The notes below the pieces were generated by a model. That model made no database searches, was not told the origin of the DNA, and saw only the letters and a program-made list of their open reading frames with translations. A stretch of DNA of 64,000 nucleotides. Source: Octopus sinensis (Eukaryota). Shown here in pieces: positions 63,938 to 64,000 of this stretch (position 1 is its first letter; each line of letters opens with the position of its first letter). The translations under genes and the position numbers were made by a program. The stretch is taken from the NCBI RefSeq assembly GCF_006345805.1, contig NC_043007.1:55428001-55492000 (forward strand), written 5' to 3'.

Positions 63938-64000
<63 letters not shown>
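63938..64000. repeat. (GA)n microsatellite
   Basis: Direct reading. Confidence 0.98.

Overview
AT-rich eukaryotic DNA dense in microsatellites and transposon remnants. The tRNA-derived SINE families and the (TA)n/(TACA)n/(CA)n load look like an octopus or other cephalopod intron or intergenic region (my inference). I recognise no intact host protein-coding gene, and most ORF-track entries are translated microsatellites. Decayed mobile elements include REL-endonuclease LINEs (one HERO-like, two R4/Dong-like), RTE-like LINEs, Penelope RT and GIY-YIG remnants, two Gypsy remnants, Tigger/pogo, Tc1, DD37D mariner, piggyBac, hAT, a Helitron-like element, MITEs and three SINE families. The main signal is a set of type I hammerhead ribozymes (HHR) in short non-coding tandem elements inserted into (TA)n tracts. 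One is a near-identical 3.3 x ~402-nt array (9287-10599) with three intact HHRs. An unrelated 466-nt unit (58374-59046) has one intact HHR. A third family lies on the minus strand (10865-10951), and several minimal or decayed HHRs occur elsewhere. Together they look like a retrozyme/Penelope-pLTR-type system that could yield small circular RNAs. A 141-bp inverted repeat (~93% identity) in apparently non-TE sequence (60053-60822) is the other unexplained structure. All alignments and folds were done by eye, and boundaries of decayed elements are approximate.
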